NCBI RefSeq assembly: GCF_001194135.2
Contig: NC_068991.1
Span: 8,412,526 to 8,476,525 of the forward strand
Direction of reading: 5' to 3'
Source: Octopus bimaculoides
Lineage: Eukaryota
Length of the DNA: 64,000 nucleotides
Position 1 is the first letter of the stretch. Each line of letters opens with the position of its first letter. This document shows positions 11,601-22,481 of the stretch, one piece after another. The position numbers and the translations under genes were made by a program. Below the pieces are notes generated by a model. It saw nothing but the letters and a program-made list of their open reading frames with translations, made no database searches and was not told where the DNA came from.

Positions 11601-14600
11601 TCCAACAACATCATATACCATGTGTGGTAGGTCATCTGACAGTGATTGAAAGTANNNNNNNNNNNNNNNNNNNNNNNNNNNNNNNNNNNNNNNNNNNNNN
11701 NNNNNNNNNNNNNNNNNNNNNNNNNNNNNNNNNNNNNNNNNNNNNNNNNNNNNNNNAATTCCAAAGGAATTATTTTAAAATTAGTTAGAATTTGTTCAAA
11801 ATTCTAATCTATTTTGCGTTAGTATTAAACGTTAACAAGGACTTTCGAGCGAGATCATTGCCAGTGCCCCTAGACTGGCTCTTGTGCGGGTGGCACATAA
11901 AAGATACCATTTTGAGCGTGGCCGTTGCCAGTACTGCCTGACTGGCCTTCATGCCGGTGGCACGTAAAAAGCACCCACTACACTCTCGGAGTGGTTGGCG
12001 TTAGGAAGGTCTTCCAGCTGTAGAAACTCTGCCAAATCAGATTGGAGCCTGGTGTAGCCATCTGGTTCACCAGTCTTCAGTCAAATCGTCCAACCCATGC
12101 TAGCATGGAAAGTGGACGTTAAACGACGATGATGATGATGATGAAGATGTTATTGTATTTGTGTATATCATGAACTTTATCCAGAATTTTTTTTAACCCA
12201 AGACTTAAGGTGCATGAGAACTAAATGCTAACTATTTCCCCCACTCTAGTGCAGCCATATTCCGGATGTGACTTGAAGTAAGTTATGTCTTTGTTGAGGC
12301 TTATTTATCTCTCATAGCATTACATCTTTTCTATGATGGCAGTGACATGGCACACACTTGATAAGTTACAGTTTTAGATTGAAGGATACAAGAAACTGCC
12401 TGCAACTCAACTAATGGACCTTGGTCAGGGTTTGAAATTTGCCCCAGGCACTAACACACACATATACATACTCATAAACCCTAACACACACACACATATA
12501 TATATATACACATAAACTCTTGCAAAAAAATGAATACATATATATTACTATGCAGTTTATATAGCATTGTAAGCTAACACAGGAGTTTGTTAATGTCACA
12601 TGAACAAACAAACATAGCCATTTCGGATGTTTTGATTTCAATACAAAGCAAAGGTGCCTCTGGTGATACATTTATTACATCATTTGTATCTGTCTAAACA
12701 TTTAACCTATATGCGCTAAGATTTGCAGAAGTGCTGCGGAAGAAAAAAAATCATTGCATTTCTGATAAAAAGAGGTGACAGGGGAGTAAACCATAAGCAA
12801 CAAAAAATAAATGAAAGGAGAATAAGAAAAATGGAGGGAATATTGAAAAGAAGACCATTGCTACATAGCAAAGTATTTCTTGGAAAACATGTCTACAATT
12901 TAAAACAGCAGAGATCGTCGTCGTCGTTTAACGTCCGCTTTCCATGCTAGCAAGGGTTGGACGATTTGACTGAGGACTGGTGAAACCAGATGGCTACACC
13001 AGGCTCCAATCTGATTTGGCAGAGTTTCTACAGCTGGATGCTCTTCCTAACGCCAACCACTCAGAGAGTGTAGTGGGTGCTTTTACGTGTCACCCACACG
13101 AAGGCTAGTCAGGCGGTACTGGCAACGGCCACGCTCATCTCNNNNNNNNNNNNNNNNNNNNNNNNNNNNNNNNNNNNNNNNNNNNNNNNNNNNNNNNNNN
13201 NNNNNNNNNNNNNNNNNNNNNNNNNNNNNNNNNNNNNNNNNNNNNNNNNNNNNNNNNNNNGGGTTGGACGATTTGACTGAGGACTGGTGAAACCAGATGG
13301 CTACACCAGGCTCCAATCTGATTTGGCAGAGTTTCTACAGCTGGATGCTCTTCCTAACGCCAACCACTCAGAGAGTGTAGTGGGTGCTTTTACGTGTCAC
13401 CCACACGAAGGCCAGTCAGGCGGTACTGGCAACGGCCACGCTCATCTCGCTCGAGAAACCTCATGTGTCACCCGCACAAGAGCCAGTCCAGGGGCACCGG
13501 CAACGATCTCACTTGAAAATCCTACAACAACCCCACACAAGAGCCAGTTCAGGGGCACCGGCAACGATCTCGCTCGAAGAAATATCATAAAATAAAATAT
13601 TGAAATATAACCATTTCAAGTTACCCAAAAAGTCTTAAACTGGCACTTCTCCAAAAGATCAGCTAAAAAGAACACTTTTTGTACATCTTCAGAATTTAGC
13701 TAAAATTCAAGTCAAGGAAATAATCATTAATAAAACACAACTTGTAAAAACAAAATTCCTTGTTTTTGTTATTTTTATAACAATAAACCAATTATGTTTT
13801 AAATTTTCAAATTGTGGCTTTGAACATGATAGATAATTTGTTGTATTTTATGGCATAGCACTCCATCAGTTATGATGACAAGGGTTCCAGTTGTGGGTTC
13901 GATTCCTATATGCATTATGCTCTTAACCAAAACACTTCTTTTCACATTGCTCCAGTCCACTCAGTTCGCAAAAGTGAGTAATCCTGCAATGGACTGGCAT
14001 CCCATCTAGAGAGTTGTGGTGATCTCGGCCACTTATATGCCATAGAAACTGGATAACTGACCCTATGAGCCTATGACTCCGGAAGGTTCTTTATCCTTTA
14101 TAGGTGCAGTTGTGGCTGTGCGGTAAGAAGCTTGCTTCCCAACCACAACCAGTGCTTTCTCTTTGGCAAATAATTAAATATGGAAGAAGCAATGAAATGA
14201 TGCAAGTGTATATTTGAAAAGAAGACCACCATTACATGTTTCAACAGAAAAACGAATAATAAAAAAAACAAAGAACAAAAAAAAAACTGTACAACTGTTT
14301 GTGTTAAGGATACATTTTTTGCACTAAGGAAGCAATGGCATAGGTTGAAATCAGTATGGGGTAAATTGGTCAATGCCTTCAACAAAATATATATTGTCAC
14401 AGACTCATTATAATTTCCTGGATTAAACTGGTACCTGAAAATTAGAAATAATAATATTAGATTGGATTAATAACGACAATGTGCTTTATGACTCCACCAG
14501 CTTTCCAACTTAATAATAATCCTTTCTACTATAGGCACATGATATGAAATTTGTGGGGATGGGGTAAGTCAATTACTCAACTGGTACTCTTTTCATTGAT

Positions 14601-16465
14601 CCTGAAAGGCAAAGTTGACCTCAGCAGAATTTGAACACAGAACGTAAAAGCAGACGAAATACCATTAAGCATTTTGCCCAGCATGTCAACAAGTCTGCCA
14701 GCTCATAATAATAACAATAATCTTTTCTACTGTAGGCACAAGGCATGAAATTTGGCAAGAAGGAGCCAGTCGATTAGATCGACCCCAGTACTCAACTGGT
14801 ACTTAATTCATCGACCTCAAAAGGATGAAAGGCAAAGTCAACCTCGGTGGAATTTGAATGAAGTGGCAGACAAAATACTGCTAAGCATTTTGCCTGGTCT
14901 ATCAATTATACATCCACCACCAGTCAGAGATCTGTGTGTTTATACTTTCACAACAGTATTCGTGTAAATGACATTGATTTGAAAATGACTACAGCAAATT
15001 AACACATATGAAAACAATAACTATGAACTTTTCAAAGTTCTTTTTAACCCTTTTGATACCAATGTGCAGGAAACCACATCAGGCTGTCATGCAAATGTCT
15101 AGTTTTCAAAAGTTTTGAATTAAAATCTTCCACCAAACCTTAGTCACAATTTATGTTCCTAACACTAGCCTAATGACAACTAAGTTATTTTACTGAATTC
15201 TTTGTTATATTTAAAATTAATTGAAAGAAACACAGAGCATTTCAACAGAAATATGGCAACAAAATGGTTAAAATATACTTTATACTGTTGAGAAAACAAA
15301 CTTGTAGACTTACAATTTTAAGACAGCTAAATTTGCTTCCAAATCATATGTATTTTCATCAACCTGCATTTTAACATATTGCTCCAATGTTGTTAGATTG
15401 TCAGGGTTATATCTGCAAGGAAAAATATTTTTTAAAACATTAACAAATAACCTGACTTTTNNNNNNNNNNNNNNNNNNNNNNNNNNNNNNNNNNNNNNNN
15501 NNNNNNNNNNNNNNNNNNNNNNNNNNNNNNNNNNNNNNNNNNNNNNNNNNNNNNNNNNNNNNNNNNNNNNNNNNNNNNNNNNNNNNNNNNNNNNNNNNNN
15601 NNNNNNNNNNNNNNNNNNNNNNNNNNNNNNNNNNNNNNNNNNNNNNNNNNNNNNNNNNNNNNNNNNNNNNNNNNNNNNNNNNNNNNNNNNNNNNNNNNNN
15701 NNNNNNNNNNNNNNNNNNNNNNNNNNNNNNNNNNNNNNNNNNNNNNNNNNNNNNNNNNNNNNNNNNNNNNNNNNNNNNNNNNNNNNNNNNNNNNNNNNNN
15801 NNNNNNNNNNNNNNNNNNNNNNNNNNNNNNNNNNNNNNNNNNNNNNNNNNNNNNNNNNNNNNNNNNNNNNNNNNNNNNNNNNNNNNNNNNNNNNNNNNNN
15901 NNNNNNNNNNNNNNNNNNNNNNNNNNNNNNNNNNNNNNNNNNNNNNNNNNNNNNNNNNNNNNNNNNTAGGCTTTCCTGAGGAAGAGTAAAAATGAACAAA
16001 TGCTTAAAAGTATATATATATCCTTCAAGCGAAAGATCACAGTCCAAAATATTTTCGTTGTTGAATAGTTCAATGTTTCATTTAATCTGGTTTTTAATGA
16101 TTCAGGACGAATTCTCAGGAAACGGTGATTGTATGAGATTATTTAGAATTTGTTGTTCATTTTCCTGATGTTGTTTTGCAAGCCAAAATATCCCAAAACA
16201 ACAAAATTCTCAACAGGACACTAACAAACAATTTAAAAAAAAAAAAAAGCCAAAATACTGTCACCCCATCCTCCTTTCTACGTCAGCTGCCAATTGAGAT
16301 CATACTTGCAACTGATAGATGAAAATGAAGCCAGGGACATAAACTCAATTATCGCCTAACTTCCTTTCCCTCTGTTATTTCAACGACAAAACAATAACGA
16401 AGGTGAATTTACCTGTCAATTCCCTTTAAAAGTGAAGCCACGGTTGCTCTCATAACTTCCGCCAT
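8595..16465 (-). CDS. EIF3K: Eukaryotic translation initiation factor 3 subunit K (8 coding exons, about 230 aa)
   Basis: Hand-spliced exons 16465-16413, 15412-15314, 14434-14314, 13699-13625, (gap)11654-11579, 11012-10935, 10264-10139, 8659-8595. All visible splice sites are GT-AG and phases are compatible. Translation [31 protein letters not shown]...[17 protein letters not shown]...[14 protein letters not shown]...[16 protein letters not shown]...KYGW matches eIF3k from memory. Confidence 0.96.
9415..9882. mobile_element. Tail-to-tail inverted pair of family A SINEs (9415-9626 +, 9670-9882 -)
   Basis: Both copies end in gccaaaatttgaaac-like tails facing each other across a 43-nt spacer. 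Confidence 0.85.
10139..10264 (-). CDS. EIF3K: eIF3k exon 7 ([13 protein letters not shown]...TITLE)
   Basis: Acceptor tttcag, donor gtaagt; 126 nt. Confidence 0.93.
10935..11012 (-). CDS. EIF3K: eIF3k exon 6 ([10 protein letters not shown]...LLGCIP)
   Basis: Acceptor tcacag, donor gtattt; 78 nt. Confidence 0.93.
11579..11654 (-). CDS. EIF3K: eIF3k exon 5, 5' boundary hidden in N gap ([25 protein letters not shown])
   Basis: GFEDSIRK motif, donor gtaagt; acceptor presumably lies in gap 11655-11756. Confidence 0.85.
11850..12145 (+). mobile_element. RTE-tail repeat (short SINE-like or truncated LINE copy)
   Basis: Same sequence as the RTE 3' UTR, (GAT)n tail. Further copies at about 5365-5550, 7440-7620, 9115-9240, 27665-27820, 30925-31075, 37665-37940, 48775-48942, 51265-51395, 54820-54960, 59140-59425, 61135-61215, 61765-61830, 62165-62390. 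Confidence 0.85.
12915..13580 (-). mobile_element. RTE-tail repeat spanning an N gap, with internal module repeats
   Basis: 12956-13141 is repeated after the gap from 13261; gccagtycaggggcaccggcaacgatctc module occurs twice. Confidence 0.8.
13625..13699 (-). CDS. EIF3K: eIF3k exon 4 ([25 protein letters not shown])
   Basis: Acceptor ttttag, donor gtaact; 75 nt; not in the ORF track. Confidence 0.92.
13700..14313 (-). other. U12-type (minor spliceosome) GT-AG intron, eIF3k intron 3
   Basis: 5' splice site GTATCCTTAA; branch site TTTCCTTGAC at 13720-13711 with the A 12 nt from the AG; no long polypyrimidine tract. Confidence 0.88.
14314..14434 (-). CDS. EIF3K: eIF3k exon 3 (LYQFNP...LSAKN)
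   Basis: Acceptor tttcag, donor GTATCCTT (U12-like); 121 nt. Confidence 0.95.
14519..14895 (-). mobile_element. Two tandem family A SINEs
   Basis: Two successive reverse-complement copies (about 14519-14705 and 14720-14895). Confidence 0.8.
15044..15271. mobile_element. piggyBac-like MITE of the same family, opposite orientation, in eIF3k intron 2
   Basis: TTAACCCTTTTGATACC … CAAAATGGTTAA; reverse complement of the 29.3 kb copies. Confidence 0.78.
15314..15412 (-). CDS. EIF3K: eIF3k exon 2 (RYNPDNL...NLAVLK)
   Basis: Acceptor ttgcag, donor gtaagt; 99 nt. Confidence 0.95.
16413..16465 (-). CDS. EIF3K: eIF3k exon 1 ([17 protein letters not shown])
   Basis: aaaATGGCGG start; donor AG|gtaaat. 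Confidence 0.93.
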
Positions 16466-16500
16466 TTTTACCGACAGAGAGGAAAAGGCTGATAACAGAT
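16465..16500 (-). promoter_or_regulatory. eIF3k core promoter/5' UTR with TCT/TOP-like pyrimidine tract
   Basis: CCTTTTCCTCTCT at 16488-16476; YY1-like AAAATGGCGG and ETS-like CGGAAGT overlap the start codon; locally CpG-rich. Confidence 0.55.
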
Positions 16501-17232
16501 TCTCAGCCGTAAAATAGTATCAGTAATGATGGCAAATATTCGATAATACGTTGAGACTGACATGTTTATTAAATAGCGAACAATATAATAAATTATGAGA
16601 TTTATATATCGTTCAAATGTATTCGATATTTACGGCATAATAATCAGAATAAATAGTTAATCCATAGTTTCGGGAATGCTTATTGACAGTCACATGGTCC
16701 ATATCTCAACGATAATACATTTCTGCTAGAAACACGTGTTTTTTGTTAAGACTTTTATATGTTTTGTCTGTCCACTCACGATCGCGAGATTGGCATCTAT
16801 TCAATTTGCAGCAAGAAATTACAGAACTTACATCTGTTGTCTGTTACAGAAGAGTCCACCACTTATTACTATGATTTTTTTTTTGTTTATTTATTAAAAA
16901 AAAATTCTAATATAAAATTAGAACATTTTTTTGTCCCTGAAATGAAAATAAATATGTTCTAGTGTACTTTCCCTCTCATCTTTATATTGTCTGATGCAGG
17001 TAGTTTCAAGTTTATGGACTTAGATTGCTTAAAATTACATAACTTCCAACACTTGCAACTTCTGTTACTGATTTCTTAAAATGTGAATCAATTTTCGTCA
17101 TCAACATGCAAACTACACCAGAACTACATTTTGTGAAAATAATCTGGTGAAGGTTTGAAAAACTTCAAGTGGTCAGAAGAAATTTAATAAGACCCACTAA
17201 TCCAAGTAATGATAGATTATTTCTCTCCTGAT

Positions 17233-17586
17233 ACACAACCATGGCTCTATTGTTAAGAAGTGACACCTTGGGCAAGTGTCTTCTATAGTCTCGGGCCGAC
17301 CAAAGCCTTGTGAGTGGATCTGGTAGACGGAAACTGAAATAAGCCCGTCGTATATATGTATATTTATGTGTGTGTGTGTATATGTTTGTGTGTCTGTGTT
17401 TGTCCCCCAATATCGCTTGACAACCGATGCTGGTGTGTTTACGTCCCCGTAACTTAGCGGTTCGGCAATAGAGACCGATAGAATAAGTACTAGGCTTACA
17501 AAGAATAAGTCCTGGGGGGCGATTTGCTCGACTAAAGGCGGTGCTCCAGCATGGCCACAGTCATTACTGAAACAAGTAAAAGAGTA
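17233..17586 (+). mobile_element. CORE-type tRNA-derived SINE family B (internal TA/TG microsatellite)
   Basis: ggcaagtgtcttctatagtctcgggccgaccaaagccttgtgagtggat… body, ends ctgaaacaagtaaaagag. Confidence 0.85.
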
Positions 17587-19705
17587 TCTCAACAAGAATT
17601 GATGGACCCTTGTGATTTGACGGGCAATTGATATTGTATACACAACTACTTACTTCTTTGTTCAGGGGTTCGGGTAAAAGGTAAAGTTAGACATGGGCCC
17701 AGATCTGAGAGGGTTAAGACTTGCTGTTCATGGGAACTACTATATGCCGTGATCTAGTTCTCATAGCTGAACCTATAATAAAACTGGAGAGCAAATTCCA
17801 GGTATGGAAGCTAAACCGAGAAATGAGGCCTAAATCTGGTTCTGTTTGGAGATGGTAATATTTTTTGCCAATTAACCCCACACACTATATACACAGTCTT
17901 CACTTCATCTTTATTGTTATTCCTATTTTGGTGTCCTTTATCTAACTCATTTGCCAAACATACTGTGACCTATTCAACAACTCTTCATGCTATATTCTTT
18001 TATTTGTTTCAGGCATCTAAGAAGTTAGTATAAATCTTTTTGGTAAAGGACTGAAGTCTGACTATAATTTAGGAGATGTAGGACACTTGCAGGCTGTGTG
18101 ATGGATGAAGTCATTTTCTTTGCTTTCTTGACGGCTACCTTGTAGCTTTTGCTGTTGTTTACCTCTGAGAGAGAGTTAACTTTTGATTGAAAGCATTCCA
18201 ATCATGACTGACTCATTTCATATGGGGGGGGGGGGTCATTTATTTTTTAATATTTAGGACTACATTAATCAATGCGTCTTCTTTATAAGATAAGAGAAAA
18301 TTTGGCTACTATTTCTAGCAGGTGAAATCTTCACATACATGCTCCTTCATTTTACAAGTGTTACAATGTTAGGTGAATATCTCCTAGCCGATGGTGGTGA
18401 CTGCCAAGTTTTGTTGGTACTTTTCTTTACTAGTACACTTGTGCAGCTACTTATGAACCAATTTATGGATCTGGGCTTAGGTTGTATGAAGGATTAGCAG
18501 AGAAAATCCAAGGAGTATGATACCTCTCACCAATTTAGCTCTTTTATAAGTCAAAGGCCAAAGAGCAATCAACAAAGAATTGACAGAACACACGTCAGAT
18601 ACATAAATGGATGCAAAATATATATTATGAAAGCTCTTTTAGCTGTTATAGGTGTCTAAGCCCAGGTTAGCTCTGATTGACTTGGATTAGAGGCAAAGGT
18701 ATTCCAGCTATGACCATCTCGTTTGTTTTGTATATTTATGATTGTACTGACCAGTATGTTTTTTTCTTTATAAAATGCTAAGGTATGATTCGAGAGATTT
18801 GGCTGCTATTTCTAGGAGGTTGATCATCTTGAAAAGTTTCCTGTTTGCAGTACTGAATTCTTATTCATACATATGAATAATTATGTGAAGAATACAACTA
18901 ATGACAGCATGCAAAAAAGAAAAAAAAAAACCCCAAAAACTTTGCCTGTTATCAATATCTTTTGAATCCACAGTTTTAATAAAATAGATACCAAATCGAT
19001 GTAAAGAACTGTATAGATTTTTGTTTATATTCATTAAAATCAACAATACAATTTAAATCCCTTGTTTATATAATAATGCAATAAAAGTGAAAAGCTGGTG
19101 TCATAATTCTCATATTTGCAGTGTAATAGTAAGACTTAAGTCTAGAACCCTATCTGTTGCTGAAGTTAATTGAAAAACTTAAGGGCGAGATTTTAGTTTA
19201 TAAAGGAAAATCAATCCAGCAGGCTTAAAGGTGATAAACTGAATACGGTGCACAAGCAATTATCCAAATTCATGCTTGATTTTCCTTTTTTCTTTTTAGA
19301 TCATTTTATTTTTGATTATGAAAATTATTTTGGTCTAAGCAGTACCCTAAGTATTTAAATTAACTACAGAAATTAATTCTGAACGTCTTAAAATTTATCT
19401 CCCCTGCTCCATGAGAGCCACTAACAATTGCCGCTAGGCTTCTTTTTTTTTTAGTTTCGTTTTCCAGTTCTAATTATAAATATCAATTAAGAATTTATTT
19501 GTGTACATCGTTCATTTCAGTTCATCGCTTTCATTTAATTGTTCAAATTCATACCATTGACCTACCTGAGTTATTTCCGTCAGCTCGTTTATTTTTCAAT
19601 ACAAAAATGCTAAAATAGATTATTAATAAAACAACAGCAATATATATTAATCAATCATATGTTTATTTTTGTTCATGAAATATTATATGAAGCTTAGTAC
19701 CGATA

Positions 19706-19751
<46 letters not shown>

Positions 19752-20426
19752 AATGGCAAGCTCCCGGGAGTTACGAAGAGTCGGATTTGGAAATGAGTAT
19801 ATAAATTTAATAATAATGCATAAAAGAATGATAATGGATTATGTTAGACTGGACATAGTCCATTTAACACAATTAATCATCTGAATTAATTGATATCCAG
19901 ACAAATAGACATTTATTATTAAAAAAAAAACAAAAAAAAACAATCGCTTTAATTAACAATTATAAGATCAATATTATAAAATAGTTTATGATTAGGCTTC
20001 GTAAATCAGAGTTATCTGTGCTTTGTGTTCTAGTAGGAGCTCGACTGAATTTTTGACAAATACCACGGGATGTCATGATACTTGTAAAAAACGAAGCATT
20101 ACGTCTAACAAATGAAACAGTATATAAACATATGAACACTATTTATGGAATTTTCGACACGGATTTATCTTTTGAACACAAGATGATTGTTTGGTTGCTA
20201 TGTGAGTTATCAAATACGCAAATCTCAAATGAATGACATCCTATATTATTGCATATTAATTATTTTGATATGTAACTTTAATGATCCTTTTATAGTAAAT
20301 TTTATTGTTTAGAAAGTATGTTCTTTCGGATAAATTTTATACAACTATGACACTACAGAGACGTACATATGCTCCAATTAAACAAATTGTCAAATTAAAC
20401 TAAATTGTCGAAGAGGAGTGCAAGAA

Positions 20427-22481
20427 ATGTCTCACTACATGAAAGCCACGCGAAAACACTTCTCCAAAAATGTTCATGAATTCATTATAAGGCCACTGTT
20501 GAAACAGAGAGAGACTGGAGAATTATGTGATGTTGTCCTCAAATTACACGGTCAGTGTTTTCAAGCCCATAGGGCTATTCTTGCTCTATGGAGTCCTTAT
20601 TTTTTATCTATGTTTACTTGCGACATGAAAGAGAAGACAACTAGAGAGGTAGACCTCTCCGAGTCGCTTTCATTGCAGAGAGACAGCGTATTTGCAAGCG
20701 TCCTCGACTATATATACACTGGGACAATCGCTCTCACATTGGATAATGTTGAGGATGTCCTTCGCATTGCCGATTTCCTTTTATTGGACGATGTCAAAGA
20801 CTTCTGCCGACAGTTCTATTTGGATCTCGGTAATCTCGATTTAAACAATTGTCTGCGCGTTCGATTCCTAGCAGAAGACCATAGCCTACACGAAGTGAAA
20901 GAATATTGTCAGAAAATAATTGAAGCGCGATTCCATGACTATTTGATATTTCATGATGACATCCTCGAACTGTCTGTGTCTTGCTTATTAGTTTTATTAG
21001 AAAACCCGGCTGTTGTACAACATACTCGGCACAAAGATCTTAAGAAATTGATTCATCGTTGGGTTGAATATGATCCTGACGGTCGTAAGCAATTTCTCGA
21101 AGAATTAAATTTGTGCATCAAAGTTTGGGTATGCGATCTGATAAACGAAGCACCTTTCTTTGGCCGGGCTCTTGCCAGAACTGGGATGGCTAGCCTGTGG
21201 CATTCATACCACGGGTCTTCTGAAGAAATTCCGTCGAATAAAACAATGGAAGCCAGTGCTATTTTTACCGAAAACACTTCACATGGATTTGAACATAGTC
21301 AGCAGGTGTTACTTGCTGTAGTGTGGAATCAAGGTATGAAGTTTTTTAAGCTTATAGTTTACAACATTTCTGAGCAGAAGTGGTACTGCATGCCTATTCC
21401 AAAAGAACGTTTATTGCAACTTATCCCACCACGACAGTCCTTATGCAATGTCCTGCTGAACAAAAGTCAATTATATCTTTATCTATGTTCTAGTTTTCCC
21501 TATCCTACCGATATGCTTAAAATTAATGTGATTGCCATAGATTTACAAACCCAAAAAACCACTTTGTATTCTTTTAGAACTGTCGACTACTATAACCCGA
21601 GTTATAGAACAACATTGACAAACTATCGAACTGTACCTCCTGCCATAGTTTACTGCAACAATCATTTCTTTGTCATTGGAAATAAGGAAGGTACTGGACA
21701 TCTTTTCCTTTGTAACTTGCAAACGCATCTTTATTCATGTTACCATATACCTAGTTCCAGGATTATTAGTTTGGCACGTGCTGTAGTGAAAAACAACCAA
21801 TTTATTTATCTTTGGTACCGTCATCGAACGGGTCCATCCGAGGAATTTTGCATCAAGAAATCTGTTGGCTTTGCAATGTTCGATGCAAAGATGAAACAAT
21901 TTTCTAGCTGGGATATTCCTCCACCTGATATTACTTATGATGATTTTGCAAGGCCTTACATCATGTGTATTAGAGAAGATACGGTATTTGTGTACCTTCC
22001 TGGAAAACCAGCACTGGTATTAGATGAAACTAGGGGCAAATGGGTAACTTCACTTCGACGGATTCCTGTGCCGGGTTCGTTTTCTGATCATAATGCTCAG
22101 CTTTACGGATATCAATTGCAAGCTTCTACCAGTCATAGTATATTTGTGTTGAACAATGAAGCTCCATATACCACAACAATTTATGAAGTATCTGAAACTC
22201 TCCCTATGGCATTGGCTCATACTCCACCTCCAATTGATCATGTTTCTATGGTAACATCAGGATTATTATCATCAAGTATCCTTGATATGTTAGAAAGTTA
22301 TGACACATACGATGATTCTTATGCGACTGCCTTGCATGTTAATATGCAAGTTTCAGTGTGTGATACAGAAGACAGTGGGACTTCTAACGACGAAGAACAA
22401 GATTCGGACAATAATGATTATGAATATGATGAAGACTTTTATGGTTACAATTTTGAGATGGATACTGGCTTGGAGTTCTGA
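20427..22481 (+). CDS. Intronless BTB/POZ-BACK domain protein with degenerate Kelch-like propeller and acidic tail (684 aa from first ATG)
   Basis: Uninterrupted ORF. BTB signature LCDVVLKLHGQCFQAHRAILALWSPYFLSMF...LDYIYTG...LRIADFLLL; BACK-like NCLRVRFLAEDHSL...LIHRWVEYD; aromatic beta-rich C-terminal half. The ORF track starts at GTG 20418; the first ATG is 20427. Confidence 0.93.
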   Translation: MSHYMKATRKHFSKNVHEFIIRPLLKQRETGELCDVVLKLHGQCFQAHRAILALWSPYFLSMFTCDMKEKTTREVDLSESLSLQRDSVFASVLDYIYTGTIALTLDNVEDVLRIADFLLLDDVKDFCRQFYLDLGNLDLNNCLRVRFLAEDHSLHEVKEYCQKIIEARFHDYLIFHDDILELSVSCLLVLLENPAVVQHTRHKDLKKLIHRWVEYDPDGRKQFLEELNLCIKVWVCDLINEAPFFGRALARTGMASLWHSYHGSSEEIPSNKTMEASAIFTENTSHGFEHSQQVLLAVVWNQGMKFFKLIVYNISEQKWYCMPIPKERLLQLIPPRQSLCNVLLNKSQLYLYLCSSFPYPTDMLKINVIAIDLQTQKTTLYSFRTVDYYNPSYRTTLTNYRTVPPAIVYCNNHFFVIGNKEGTGHLFLCNLQTHLYSCYHIPSSRIISLARAVVKNNQFIYLWYRHRTGPSEEFCIKKSVGFAMFDAKMKQFSSWDIPPPDITYDDFARPYIMCIREDTVFVYLPGKPALVLDETRGKWVTSLRRIPVPGSFSDHNAQLYGYQLQASTSHSIFVLNNEAPYTTTIYEVSETLPMALAHTPPPIDHVSMVTSGLLSSSILDMLESYDTYDDSYATALHVNMQVSVCDTEDSGTSNDEEQDSDNNDYEYDEDFYGYNFEMDTGLEF

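Noticed and set aside
12956-13446. Apparent ~186-bp tandem duplication across the N gap
   Set aside because: The two near-identical copies abut a gap and lie within a high-copy repeat; most likely a contig overlap artefact.
15310-16073. Long ORFs of 193-245 aa (also 52833-53569 in part)
   Set aside because: Their length comes from runs of N; only the eIF3k exon 2 and RTE portions are real.
18095-18172. Possible C/D snoRNA (GTGATGG…CTGA)
   Set aside because: Box C is imperfect, there is no terminal stem, and it is not in an identified intron.
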